Assembly: GCA_020160935.1 (NCBI GenBank)
Contig: JAIUPL010000013.1
Span: 47,710-111,709 of the forward strand
DNA: 64,000 nt
Direction: 5' to 3'
From: Bacteroidota bacterium
GTDB taxonomy: Bacteria > Bacteroidota > Bacteroidia > Chitinophagales > Saprospiraceae
The translations under genes were made by a program, and so were the position numbers. The notes beneath the pieces are model-generated. The model made no database searches. It had not been told where the DNA came from and saw only the letters and a program-made list of their open reading frames with translations. Shown here piece after piece: positions 15,990-25,787 of the stretch (position 1 is its first letter; each line of letters starts with the position of its first letter).

Positions 15990-18900
15990 ATGAAAACAAT
16001 TTGTATTGCCCTTTGCCTCCTGTCCGTAATGTCCGGCGGAAACGTATTGCACGCCCAATGTGCAGAACCCCAGAATAATAACGATGTCTGTTTCAGCCTG
16101 TGTGGCCCCGATAACGAGCCATGCATGTGCCGGTGCATTATGAAACGGGCTTACACACTTCTGGCAAAAGATTCGGTATACGTTGCTTTCAGCCTGTTTG
16201 CTCATGTAGCCGCAGCATGTAATGACCTCAGGGCAGCCGCTGTCATGGACAGCATGGTTCAAAACGTACGAGCCTGGAAATATAACGGCAATAGATATGC
16301 TATTTCAACAATTGAAGGGCGCGAAATCACCCCTTACATCTATACCAATCCAGCCAAGTTTATGTATGGCTATGCAATTGTTGAAGAAGACGGTCGATAT
16401 TATATTGTAGATAAAAACGGGAAAAAAATAAATGCTTCGGAGGCATATAAGAGCATTTTACCTATGGAACATGGCGCTTACTGGCTTACACCTCTGAACA
16501 ACGACGCAAACAGGGAAACGGACAAAATTGCACCGGCCAAGAATCCTTCGAAGATTATTTATAGCCCGAGTCTGGATCAGGCATTTGCAGGTCCGGAAGA
16601 AATGGCGGTATTTACGGACATGATTGCCGACAGTAAGTATGATACCATTTTCGGGCCGTACAATGGTACTGTGATCACCCGATATAAAGGCAAATACGGT
16701 ATTATCGATAAAAAAGGAAAGGAAATTAGCCCACCCAGATACGATGCGGTCGGTGGAGTATTTGATAACAGGCGATCGTGCATGGAAGGAAAAAAATTCG
16801 GGTTTCTGAAAGGAAATGGTTTGCCAGCCATAAAAATGTCATATGATACCGTATTGAATTTCAGCAATGCCCTGGCAGCAGTGCGTAAAGACGGGCTTTG
16901 GACTTACATCGACACCTCCGGAAGGCAAAAAATCACGGAAGTATTTGAAGCAGCGGATTATTTTATATATGGTTTTGCTTGGGTAAAGAAAAACGGCAAA
17001 TGGGGTATGATCAATACAGATGGCGTTTTTGTCGTACCGGCGAAATATGACAATTATCAGCCATGGTTTTATGGCCATTTGGGAGGGAGCATTTCCGACA
17101 GAGCCACTGTAAAAGACTCCACATTCAGCCTTTTCAGGTGGAGAGACAAAGTTGTAACTGTGGAAGGAAATGAAGTTTTTGAATTCCGGGATGGAATTGC
17201 TCTGGTGGCTACGGTAATTGGGTCTTTTTATGAAAATGGCAATCAATATTATTTTATCGATACAACCGGAAAAAGGCTTTTCGGAAAAGTATTCGACGAG
17301 GCGGTTAGTTTCAGTGAAGGCAAGGCTGCCGTATTTATCAACAACGAATGGATGTATATCAATACCAAAGGCGAACCTCTTTTTAAATTAAAACTTGATA
17401 AAAATGGTATTGAACTTGCTATTGCGGGTGAGTTTCATGATAATCGGGTACAAATAAAGCATCATTTACAGTCTACCTTTTTAGACGAGAACGGGGAAAC
17501 AATTATCCCATGGGTCTATTACCAAAACGATATTCGGCAGGGAGATCAAATTTGGATAAAAGAATCTACCCTTGATACTCCCTTCTGGCGATTGTACGAT
17601 TTAAATAGTGGCAAACTGATAATCGATGAAAAATATCAGGAAATAATGCGTGAAAGTGAAGGCTTGACCTGGGTAAAAAGGGACAACAAATGGGGCATCC
17701 TAAATCGACAGGGAGTAGAAGTACTGGAACCAACGTATGACATGCCATTCTATGGTAATTATGACAATTATGACTATTCATTCAAAGGTAGCCTGGCGCT
17801 TGCGCAGGCAGGAAGCGAATGGTGGTTTATTGACCCAGAGGGGAATTCCGTGCTCTCGCAATTATTTAAAATCAACATTGATTCGCCAAGGAACGATAGT
17901 GTAATCCCTTACAATGAAAACGGACTTTACGGATTTAAAAATGGTTACGGGAAGTGGTTGATAAAGCCATCCTTCCACTACCTCGATTTTACTCGCTTCA
18001 ACGATCGGGAACTCGGCATTACGGTTGTTGTAGATAGATTGGGAAAAGTTGGCATCGTTGATTCGCGAGGGCAACTCATCGTAGAACCCAGTTTCAAACA
18101 AATCGGCGATTTCAGGGAGGGTATTGCCATTGTCATCAGCCCGGAAGGGAAGCATGGATACATCCGTTTAGACGGCTCTGTTTTGGTAAACCCGCAATAT
18201 GCATCTGCCACCGATTTCAGCAATGGAGTGGCCTGGGTTTCAGATTTCAACAACAGATGGGCCTTGATAGAAAGTGCTTCAGGAAAAAGAATAACAGAGT
18301 GGAATGAGTATGAATTTGCTCTTGCTTTTAGCGACAGTGTTTCCATCATCCGCGTAAAATACAACTGGAGAATAACGGACCGTAAAGGGAAGATTATGCC
18401 AACCTTACCACTTGACTACGATCAAATACAAGCGTTCAGTGATGGTTATGCAGCAGTCTTGAAAAACGGTCGATGGGGATACATCAACAAACAGGGCGAA
18501 CTGGTTATACCGTGGCAATTTGATGATGCATCTGATTTCAAGGAAGGTATTGCAGTAGTTAAAACATCCTCAAGTCAATTCCGCTTCCTCTGCAAAAACG
18601 GAAAATTTCTTACACAGGTGTCTTATTCTTATGCTACGCCCTTTTTTAAGGGCTATGCAGTCGCTGCTATTACAGAGGCGAATTACGATAAGAAGTTCGG
18701 TATGATTGACCGAAACGGCAAGACTGTCTTTGATTTCATTTATGACAAGATAGAGTTTGTGGGTGATTACATTCTGACTACTGCCGGCTCTAAATGGTCC
18801 ATTTACGATTGTAATCTAAAGGAACTTATTTTACCCGTCATCGACCATTTCATGCCGATTGGGAAAGACATGGTACTCTTAGGATCAAAAGGTAAAATGG

Positions 18901-19148
18901 GAGTGCTCTATGTCAACGAACACAAGATTATCGCTCCCCGCTACGATGACCTTGCGCAAATCAGCGATGCCTATGTAATGGTGCGTCAAAACGGAAAATG
19001 GGGCTGGGTAGACCACAATGATTCAGAAATAATTCCGTGCCGATTTGATGCTGCCACACCTTTCCGCAATCATAAGGCACTGGTATATGTATTCGGCATG
19101 CGCATACAAATCAATGAAAAAGGCGAGATGGCATTTCCTCGCTTCTGA
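15990..19148 (+). CDS. secreted WG-repeat (KWG-type) protein, 1052 aa
   Basis: Signal peptide MKTICIALCLLSVMSGGNVLHAQ. Many ~35-40-aa repeats carry the motifs KWGMINTDG, KWGILNRQG, RWGYINKQG, KWGWVDHND, KYGIIDKKG, KFGMIDRNG and F.EG.A.V. Confidence 0.85.
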   Translation: MKTICIALCLLSVMSGGNVLHAQCAEPQNNNDVCFSLCGPDNEPCMCRCIMKRAYTLLAKDSVYVAFSLFAHVAAACNDLRAAAVMDSMVQNVRAWKYNGNRYAISTIEGREITPYIYTNPAKFMYGYAIVEEDGRYYIVDKNGKKINASEAYKSILPMEHGAYWLTPLNNDANRETDKIAPAKNPSKIIYSPSLDQAFAGPEEMAVFTDMIADSKYDTIFGPYNGTVITRYKGKYGIIDKKGKEISPPRYDAVGGVFDNRRSCMEGKKFGFLKGNGLPAIKMSYDTVLNFSNALAAVRKDGLWTYIDTSGRQKITEVFEAADYFIYGFAWVKKNGKWGMINTDGVFVVPAKYDNYQPWFYGHLGGSISDRATVKDSTFSLFRWRDKVVTVEGNEVFEFRDGIALVATVIGSFYENGNQYYFIDTTGKRLFGKVFDEAVSFSEGKAAVFINNEWMYINTKGEPLFKLKLDKNGIELAIAGEFHDNRVQIKHHLQSTFLDENGETIIPWVYYQNDIRQGDQIWIKESTLDTPFWRLYDLNSGKLIIDEKYQEIMRESEGLTWVKRDNKWGILNRQGVEVLEPTYDMPFYGNYDNYDYSFKGSLALAQAGSEWWFIDPEGNSVLSQLFKINIDSPRNDSVIPYNENGLYGFKNGYGKWLIKPSFHYLDFTRFNDRELGITVVVDRLGKVGIVDSRGQLIVEPSFKQIGDFREGIAIVISPEGKHGYIRLDGSVLVNPQYASATDFSNGVAWVSDFNNRWALIESASGKRITEWNEYEFALAFSDSVSIIRVKYNWRITDRKGKIMPTLPLDYDQIQAFSDGYAAVLKNGRWGYINKQGELVIPWQFDDASDFKEGIAVVKTSSSQFRFLCKNGKFLTQVSYSYATPFFKGYAVAAITEANYDKKFGMIDRNGKTVFDFIYDKIEFVGDYILTTAGSKWSIYDCNLKELILPVIDHFMPIGKDMVLLGSKGKMGVLYVNEHKIIAPRYDDLAQISDAYVMVRQNGKWGWVDHNDSEIIPCRFDAATPFRNHKALVYVFGMRIQINEKGEMAFPRF

Positions 19149-19171
19149 CATAATTATTTATCCCTTTTCGT

Positions 19172-20044
19172 ATGAAGAAGCACCTGATCTCTTTTATACC
19201 GGCCGTACTATGCCCTATATGGGTTGTTTTTGTATGTTTTACTGGCGGGCGCACTATATTCTCCTACCCCAAAAATGCAGCGGATCCTTGCGCATTTAAC
19301 GTTACTAACAACGAGTGGCGCTTAAAACGTGTTTATAAGAATGAGTTGGTATCCGCTGGAGAAAAGGTCAAATCGAATGTTTTTCAGGAACGTTATCCTT
19401 ATTACAAATTTATCAGAATCCTGCTCAACAGAAATGATGTTCCGTGGGAACTCGAATTATACAACAACCTGGAAGGAACAAGCAATCCATCCAGTGCGGT
19501 CGAAATAGATACAAATGCGGAGGAATGGGTTTCTAAAATAGGTTTTGACACCATTAAAAAAGGAGCAAATACTTCCGTCTACGGGAAAAGAAGTGGCTGG
19601 ATTGGTTTTGAATTTTACTTTCCGCTGGATTACTTTTCTCAAATTCTGGATAATCCCAAACATGTGCTGGAATTCAGGAACCTGAGAGACATGTCTGCCC
19701 CGTACAACAAATTCAGATGGAATTCAGCCAGTTTAAGGTTTGAACTCACTGGCCGCGATACAATGTATATAAAAATCGACAAGCAAACCAAAGCATTTCC
19801 GGTATATGTAATCCAGCAAACCTTGCGGGGTAATGGCTCCGAAGAAAACTCCTCATGTAAACAAGTTGTTGAGATCGATCGTACTTACCGGGTATTGGAT
19901 TGCCGGGATGCGCCTTTTATTCTTCAGGCAGAAGAATATTCTGATCAATATTGCGACAACTCTTCTCCTCATACTATATGCCGGTGCCCAAGAGGAAGTA
20001 CAGACTATCGCGCCTCCAAAATCACAGAAATTTTCCCAAGGTAG
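19172..20044 (+). CDS. hypothetical protein with N-terminal signal/anchor
   Basis: ATG lies 23 nt after the WG-repeat stop. Hydrophobic N-terminus LISFIPAVLCPIWVVFVCF. Cys-rich C-terminus. No recognisable domain. Confidence 0.55.
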   Translation: MKKHLISFIPAVLCPIWVVFVCFTGGRTIFSYPKNAADPCAFNVTNNEWRLKRVYKNELVSAGEKVKSNVFQERYPYYKFIRILLNRNDVPWELELYNNLEGTSNPSSAVEIDTNAEEWVSKIGFDTIKKGANTSVYGKRSGWIGFEFYFPLDYFSQILDNPKHVLEFRNLRDMSAPYNKFRWNSASLRFELTGRDTMYIKIDKQTKAFPVYVIQQTLRGNGSEENSSCKQVVEIDRTYRVLDCRDAPFILQAEEYSDQYCDNSSPHTICRCPRGSTDYRASKITEIFPR

Positions 20045-20184
20045 CACTTTCATCTACCAGATTCCCGGTATATCAATTGCTGGTATTTAAGGATTTCCTG
20101 CACGTATGCCTCCCACGAACTTTGCACCAGGGTTCAGCACCCTTGGGAGCCCCAGTCTCCTTTCACTTGTAAAAACTTAATACC

Positions 20185-21321
20185 ATGAGAAAACACTGCA
20201 ACCCTGGCATGATGCCGTTAAAAGCCCTTTTCCTGTCTATATGTTTAGTTCATTGCGATATCGGCGACAAACTCGACCAGGGTATTGACCAGTTTCGCAT
20301 TTTTCGCGAACAATCTATTTTCGAGATCAACAGCGCGTCCAACCGGATATCCAGCGGTATCGGCGACCTGAATTCGACACTGGAAGATCTGGGGCAAAAA
20401 CTGCCACCTGAAATTCACAAAACCCTCAGTTTTGATGTGCCTTTTATCATCGATGCCGTAGCCGGAGAAGGCATCAGTGCCGGCCTTTGCTTCACCGATG
20501 CCGCTACCAGCAAGGCATTGTACCTGCTGGATCTGATGAAGTCAGAGATTATTACAGGCGAGCCGGTGCCTTTGCCCGCTCCTTTTATCTGCCATACGTC
20601 GGTATCGGCCATCAACCTGAACCAGGACAGGAACCAGCGCGATATCCTCGAATTTACAGGTTACAACCTGTTCCTGAATCGTGGTTTTACCGCTTCGCTG
20701 TTCAATGCCGCAGGCGACAGTTTGCCTATCCCTGTAGGTCGACCAACCAATTATCGGGTAGCCGCCAATATCAGCGATCTGGACGACAATACCCTTTCGC
20801 AGTATAAAGAACTCTCGCTTTTCTTTGAAGGCACACCTATTTCTTCCCTGTTTGTTGTGAAAAAACACGAGGTGCCGCCGGTCGTCAAATTTCAGAACCC
20901 GCGCGTGGTTCCAGGTATGATCGCCGCCTATCCATTCAGTTTTTCCGATGACCGCAACTTCAGAGAAGACTGTTTGGTATCCGTATCTATTTCTTTCGGC
21001 AATACCCGGAAAAAAGCCTGGGTCGATATGAACGTTATCGTCGAAGAACTGACAGGTGATGGTAAAACGTATGCTGTCGGTCAATCCGACCGTAACTACT
21101 ACTACACCGCCCCTCCAGGCTGGCATATCAAAAAACTTGACGGCCAGCGCGCTTATGATTATCATTCCTATAAGGATATTACAAACGAGGACGATGTGCG
21201 GTATCCTTTGTTTGGCCAAATCACCATTAAAGCCAAAAACTCCATTGCAGGCGCTACGACGAGTGCGCTCATGAGTTTTGGCCCTAATGTTCCTGATATC
21301 GTACTTGAATCCGGCGACTAA
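20185..21321 (+). CDS. hypothetical lipoprotein-like protein
   Basis: N-terminus MMPLKALFLSICLVHC has a lipobox-like end. The alternative start is ATG 20209. No recognisable domain. Confidence 0.55.
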   Translation: MRKHCNPGMMPLKALFLSICLVHCDIGDKLDQGIDQFRIFREQSIFEINSASNRISSGIGDLNSTLEDLGQKLPPEIHKTLSFDVPFIIDAVAGEGISAGLCFTDAATSKALYLLDLMKSEIITGEPVPLPAPFICHTSVSAINLNQDRNQRDILEFTGYNLFLNRGFTASLFNAAGDSLPIPVGRPTNYRVAANISDLDDNTLSQYKELSLFFEGTPISSLFVVKKHEVPPVVKFQNPRVVPGMIAAYPFSFSDDRNFREDCLVSVSISFGNTRKKAWVDMNVIVEELTGDGKTYAVGQSDRNYYYTAPPGWHIKKLDGQRAYDYHSYKDITNEDDVRYPLFGQITIKAKNSIAGATTSALMSFGPNVPDIVLESGD

Positions 21322-21349
21322 TAAACCTCATCACCAAAAAGCATTGATA

Positions 21350-22249
21350 ATGAGATACTTAGCATTAATCATATTCCTGCTCACGTTCGCAGGAAGCGGG
21401 CTTTCAGCCCAAAAGCGGGATGCAAAACCTGCCTCTCCACAACCTTACAATCAATGGAACCGATTGTACACATTCTCTGTTGCGCCGGGTTCTTTTCTGA
21501 TCAGTACCCTCGATGCAGGCATTGAAAGGCGCATGACAGATCGCGTATCCCTTCTTGTGCAAGGGCGTATCGGCTTCAGAAAAATACAGTTATGGGAATC
21601 GTTGGGAGGAAAATATTTTAATTATGGCGGGAGACTGGAGTACCGCAATTACGCAGGTAGGAGTACAAAACATTCCGGTGGGGGCCTGCAGGGGCCTTAT
21701 TTTGCTTTTGTCATAAAAGCCGGACAGGCATTGGTAAAAGCAACTCTTCAAGAGAAAGACTATACCATGGTATCTTCAAAAAACACAACGCCCGGCATTG
21801 CATTGGGCTGGAAATTTCCAGTGATTCGACGCTTCCCACAGGTCAATCTGGATATCGCCATTGGGGGAGGTTATAAATTCGGCAAGGTAAATGGTCGGTA
21901 TGCAGAAAAGAGCCGTTCCGTCTTTTTTAAGAATCGTGGGGTTGTTCCTTCCTTTGAATTTCGGGTTGGCTACATGCCCGGAAATGCCTTCTGGAATAAC
22001 TCGAAACCAGGTCTGCATACTACCGCAACAGAAATGGCTATTGCTTACCATGATCGTTATTCCCGTAAAAAAAGAAAATCGATCGAAAAAGCACTGCTAC
22101 AACAACACCTTGATCCAGGAAAAGTAGATGGCAAATTCGATGCAGAAACCATCCAGGCTATTCGTACATTTCAAAACAGACATGGAATGGCCGCCGATGG
22201 GAAAGCGGGAAAAGAGACGCTGAAGAAGTTGAAAGTTGCGGCTGATTAG
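21350..22249 (+). CDS. envelope protein: beta-barrel-like N-domain plus C-terminal peptidoglycan-binding domain
   Basis: Signal peptide MRYLALIIFLLTFAGSGLSAQ. C-terminus LDPGKVDGKFDAETIQAIRTFQNRHGMAADGKAGKETLKKL matches the PG_binding_1 pattern. Confidence 0.7.
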   Translation: MRYLALIIFLLTFAGSGLSAQKRDAKPASPQPYNQWNRLYTFSVAPGSFLISTLDAGIERRMTDRVSLLVQGRIGFRKIQLWESLGGKYFNYGGRLEYRNYAGRSTKHSGGGLQGPYFAFVIKAGQALVKATLQEKDYTMVSSKNTTPGIALGWKFPVIRRFPQVNLDIAIGGGYKFGKVNGRYAEKSRSVFFKNRGVVPSFEFRVGYMPGNAFWNNSKPGLHTTATEMAIAYHDRYSRKKRKSIEKALLQQHLDPGKVDGKFDAETIQAIRTFQNRHGMAADGKAGKETLKKLKVAAD

Positions 22250-22303
22250 AAACTCCTCAATGGCTACGTTTCAATGCACATTACTTTTTTGTTCAACTCC
22301 CAT

Positions 22304-22463
22304 AAGTACCAAGACCTAATTAATTGATAAAATTATCGAAGGCGTTTTGAGGCAGGATGAGGCATTTTTTGAAGTAATAGCAGCGCTCTTGTTGAAAAAA
22401 ATAACGTGATCATGCCTCAAAAGACCGAGAAGAATTTTATCAATTAATTAGGTCTTGGTACTT
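22304..22463. mobile_element. 160-bp MITE-like element with perfect 31-bp terminal inverted repeats
   Basis: aagtaccaagacctaattaattgataaaatt (22304-22334) is the exact reverse complement of 22433-22463. A nested inverted repeat ttttgaggca / tgcctcaaaa lies inside. No coding capacity. Confidence 0.65.
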
Positions 22464-22481
22464 AACTACACTTATTTCAAC

Positions 22482-23054
22482 ATGAAAACGGTTTTATTAA
22501 TCACCTTTTTTTTCTTTTTTACTGCCCATATGTGCTTCGCACAAAAAAGGATAGGGCTTTATGCCGGTTCCAATTATTCTTCCATGCGTTTGGATCCGGA
22601 AGAGCCTGTGGTTAAGAAAAAGAGGTTTCTCATCGGTGGCTTCACATCGAAGCAAATAGGAAATGGAATTAATTCGGTTTTTGGCTTAAAGTACATTGAA
22701 AAAGGAGGTAACTTTGACAACATCGACGCAAAACTGAGTTATCTGGAAATGGATTTTGGTATTCAGGTCGGCGCAACTAAAGAAAAAGGTGGCCTGTATT
22801 TAACGGGAGGCTTTACACTGGGGGGGCTTGCAAGTGCAAGGGGAAGAATACCATCCAGTAGTAATCCTATAAAAAAAATATTCCAGGGAGGAGAACTTGG
22901 ATACCGCGGCGGAGCAGGAATACGGATGAAGAATTTCTTCGTCGAAGGGAATTATGCCGCCAGTCTGCTTTCCATTGTACGGGAAGATTTTCCCCTGGAA
23001 GCATTTCATAATGGGTTCCAACTGACAGGTGGATTATCTTTTGCACTGTGGTAA
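22482..23054 (+). CDS. small outer-membrane beta-barrel (porin-family-like) protein
   Basis: Signal peptide MKTVLLITFFFFFTAHMCFAQ, alternating hydrophobic strands, and an aromatic C-terminus GGLSFALW. Confidence 0.65.
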   Translation: MKTVLLITFFFFFTAHMCFAQKRIGLYAGSNYSSMRLDPEEPVVKKKRFLIGGFTSKQIGNGINSVFGLKYIEKGGNFDNIDAKLSYLEMDFGIQVGATKEKGGLYLTGGFTLGGLASARGRIPSSSNPIKKIFQGGELGYRGGAGIRMKNFFVEGNYAASLLSIVREDFPLEAFHNGFQLTGGLSFALW

Positions 23055-23141
23055 ACGAACATTTTGCATATCTCGCAACGGTTACTTGTTTCCATTATTC
23101 GTAAAATACATCTATTCAATTTCCATATAAAAACTTATTCC

Positions 23142-23588
23142 ATGAAATTCTTTCACCCACAAATTCAACTTGTTCGGGAATTAGTACTGGATTCTCCCAG
23201 TATATACTACCTTCATATCGTTACTTTTTGTCCGCGCACCTGCTTCGTAGCAGATGGTTATGAAACGCCCGGTTTCGGCCCCGACAACGAAACGCTGGCA
23301 GAAGGACTATATCAGGTTATCATCCACCTTCGGGAAGATTCGGAATTGCCCGATTTTGACTATATCACGCCCATTGTTCATACGATCAACCTGGGTGGTA
23401 TTGTGTTCCCCGACGACGAAGGCTTCATAGAAGTTCAGGTAAAAGGAGTTGTCACAGAGCCGGATAACAGTGCAGCCAGGACTACAAAACCGCCGAAAAC
23501 GACGACAAAAACCGGCGGAAAAGGAACCGTGAGCACTACCATTGCAGAGGATAAATCGCGCCCGATGGACACAGAAAGTCTTCGATAA
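23142..23588 (+). CDS. hypothetical protein (148 aa) with a Thr/Lys-rich tail
   Basis: ATG 23142 inside ORF 23064..23588. No recognisable domain. Tail is TTKPPKTTTKTGGKGTVSTT. Confidence 0.45.
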   Translation: MKFFHPQIQLVRELVLDSPSIYYLHIVTFCPRTCFVADGYETPGFGPDNETLAEGLYQVIIHLREDSELPDFDYITPIVHTINLGGIVFPDDEGFIEVQVKGVVTEPDNSAARTTKPPKTTTKTGGKGTVSTTIAEDKSRPMDTESLR

Positions 23589-23599
23589 TTTTCCAACCA

Positions 23600-25753
23600 A
23601 TGAAACGTTCTGCCTTTTTTATCTTTTTAGCCTTTTGTTTGTATTCTGGTCCTTTATCGGCGCAGTTAGATAGTTTATCGGCTGCTGAACGTGGAAAATT
23701 GGCCTTGCTTCCCTTCGATACCATGCGGGTAGATTCACTTAATGAATGGGCTTATCATTCGCCATCCGATCAAGCCGAATTATATGCACAAACAGCGCTG
23801 GCTATCGCACAAAAAATAGGCTATCGAGAGGGCATAAGCGACAGTTATGTTCAATTGGGCATAGTTGCTGCCGATGCCGGCAATTATGAAAGTGCGACAC
23901 AATTCTATCGAAGTGCCCTGCATGAGCGGATTGCGTTGAAACGCATAGCAAAAGCAGCCGGTTGCTACAACCAACTCGGGCACCTGCAGCGGCGTCAGGG
24001 CCACTACGAAGAAGCCATAGTGTTGTATCGGCAAGGGCTGGCGCTCATGAAAAACCAGGCGCCCCATATCAATACAGGTTATTTGTATAATAGCCTCGGG
24101 TCGGCATGCCGATTGGCAGGGCAATATGACAACGCAGATACGGCTTTTATGGCTGGGCTCCGCCTGTATACAACCTTGATTGCCAGTATGTTGGGCGAAA
24201 AAAACCTGAATGAATACAAGGAAGGCCTGGCAACGCTGCAATTGAATTCAGGTGCATTTTTGCAGGAAAACCGCTTCGAATACCAACAATCAAAGGAGTT
24301 ATTGCTGAAAAGCCTGGCAGAATTCAGAGCACTGGGCAACCCCCGAAAAGCAGGCAAGTGTTTGCTGTTATTAGGCAACAATGCTTACTATACCGGAAAT
24401 TACGAGGAAGCCGAAACGTATTATGATCAAAGCCTTTCATTGCAGTCATCCATTGAGAAAAAGGACTATTATTCCCTGCTCAAAAACAGGGCACGGGTCT
24501 GGCTCGATCAGCACAAATATGATCGGGCCCGATCTGACTTTCAAGCCGCTCTGGAAGGGTTTTCATCCTTGCATGATACAGCTCAAATGGCCGCTACCCG
24601 ATTTGAACTCGGTAACTTCTATTACGAGCAATCGAGCCTGGATTCGGCAGTATGGCACTATCAACAGGCGCTGAACCTTCAGCCTGAAGACCTCCTGCTA
24701 CAGGGGCGTGTACTATATTTTTTATCGGACGTACTGGATCAGTTGGGGCGCGAACAAGAAGCCGAGGTATATACAAAAACATACCTGCAATTACTAAACA
24801 CACTGAATGATGACCAAACAAGGGGCGCCTTTGAAGAATTGAACCGGTATCAAAAGGAAAAGAACCGAATTCAAATTCGTTTGCTAAAACAAGAAAATGA
24901 TACCACCCGTTTGTATGCAGGGGTAGTTGCTTCTGCTCTGATTATTATAGCGCTTTTCTTTTTTTTCCGAGCCCAACTCAATGCGCAAAAGCGGCGAACG
25001 GCGGAGCAAAAAGCAGAAGTAGCCAGGCAACGGGAAGAACTGGCGAGCAAAGAGCGGGAAATTGCCGTTCAGGAAAAATTTGAACTACTCAATAATAAAA
25101 CACTGGATACGCATTATGCCCGCCTGGAAGGACAGGAGCACATGCAAAAACAAATTGGAAAAGAATTGCACGATGGCCTGGGTACCGTATTGGCCACCGT
25201 AAAAATCAACCTCGCGCCTGTAGATGAAGTCCTCGGGCAACTCACGGATCAACACCGACGACAATTTATGACTGCCAATCGGCTACTGGATCAGGCCTGT
25301 GCAGATGTTCGTCGTATGGCGCACGACCTGGAGTCGGCCGTTCTAATGAAGTTTGGGTTGGAGGCTCAACTCGAAGCACTAAGACAAGCAATTGAAAGCC
25401 CGGGTAAACTTCAAGTCGAATTGTCTTTGTATAAACTCCAGGATCGCCTTCCTTACCACCTTGAATTTAACATTTACCGCATTATTCAGGAATTGGTGAA
25501 GAACGTCATCACGCATGCCCATGCCAGCCATATTACTATCCAGGTAAATCGTTTGGACAATTTGATCAATATACTGGTAGAAGACGATGGCCGAGGTTTC
25601 GACCTGGAAAAAGTTCGTCAGCAACCGGGTGTCGGCATGATCAACCTGGAAGCCCGTGTACATTCGCTGAATGGTAAAACATTTATTGATACCCAGCCCG
25701 GCCGAGGCACAACAGTTTCCATCGACATCCCTGTTTTTCCGGAACCTGCCTGA
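23600..25753 (+). CDS. TPR-repeat sensor histidine kinase (HisKA_3 / NarL-partner class)
   Basis: Signal-like N-terminus, ~350 aa of TPR-like repeats, TM VVASALIIIALFFFF, H-box ELHDGLGTVLATV, ATPase motifs IIQELVKNVITHA, EDDGRGF, GVGMINLEARV. Confidence 0.88.
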   Translation: MKRSAFFIFLAFCLYSGPLSAQLDSLSAAERGKLALLPFDTMRVDSLNEWAYHSPSDQAELYAQTALAIAQKIGYREGISDSYVQLGIVAADAGNYESATQFYRSALHERIALKRIAKAAGCYNQLGHLQRRQGHYEEAIVLYRQGLALMKNQAPHINTGYLYNSLGSACRLAGQYDNADTAFMAGLRLYTTLIASMLGEKNLNEYKEGLATLQLNSGAFLQENRFEYQQSKELLLKSLAEFRALGNPRKAGKCLLLLGNNAYYTGNYEEAETYYDQSLSLQSSIEKKDYYSLLKNRARVWLDQHKYDRARSDFQAALEGFSSLHDTAQMAATRFELGNFYYEQSSLDSAVWHYQQALNLQPEDLLLQGRVLYFLSDVLDQLGREQEAEVYTKTYLQLLNTLNDDQTRGAFEELNRYQKEKNRIQIRLLKQENDTTRLYAGVVASALIIIALFFFFRAQLNAQKRRTAEQKAEVARQREELASKEREIAVQEKFELLNNKTLDTHYARLEGQEHMQKQIGKELHDGLGTVLATVKINLAPVDEVLGQLTDQHRRQFMTANRLLDQACADVRRMAHDLESAVLMKFGLEAQLEALRQAIESPGKLQVELSLYKLQDRLPYHLEFNIYRIIQELVKNVITHAHASHITIQVNRLDNLINILVEDDGRGFDLEKVRQQPGVGMINLEARVHSLNGKTFIDTQPGRGTTVSIDIPVFPEPA

Positions 25754-25787
25754 ATCACATATACATAACTCACGTCATCCCCCTTCC

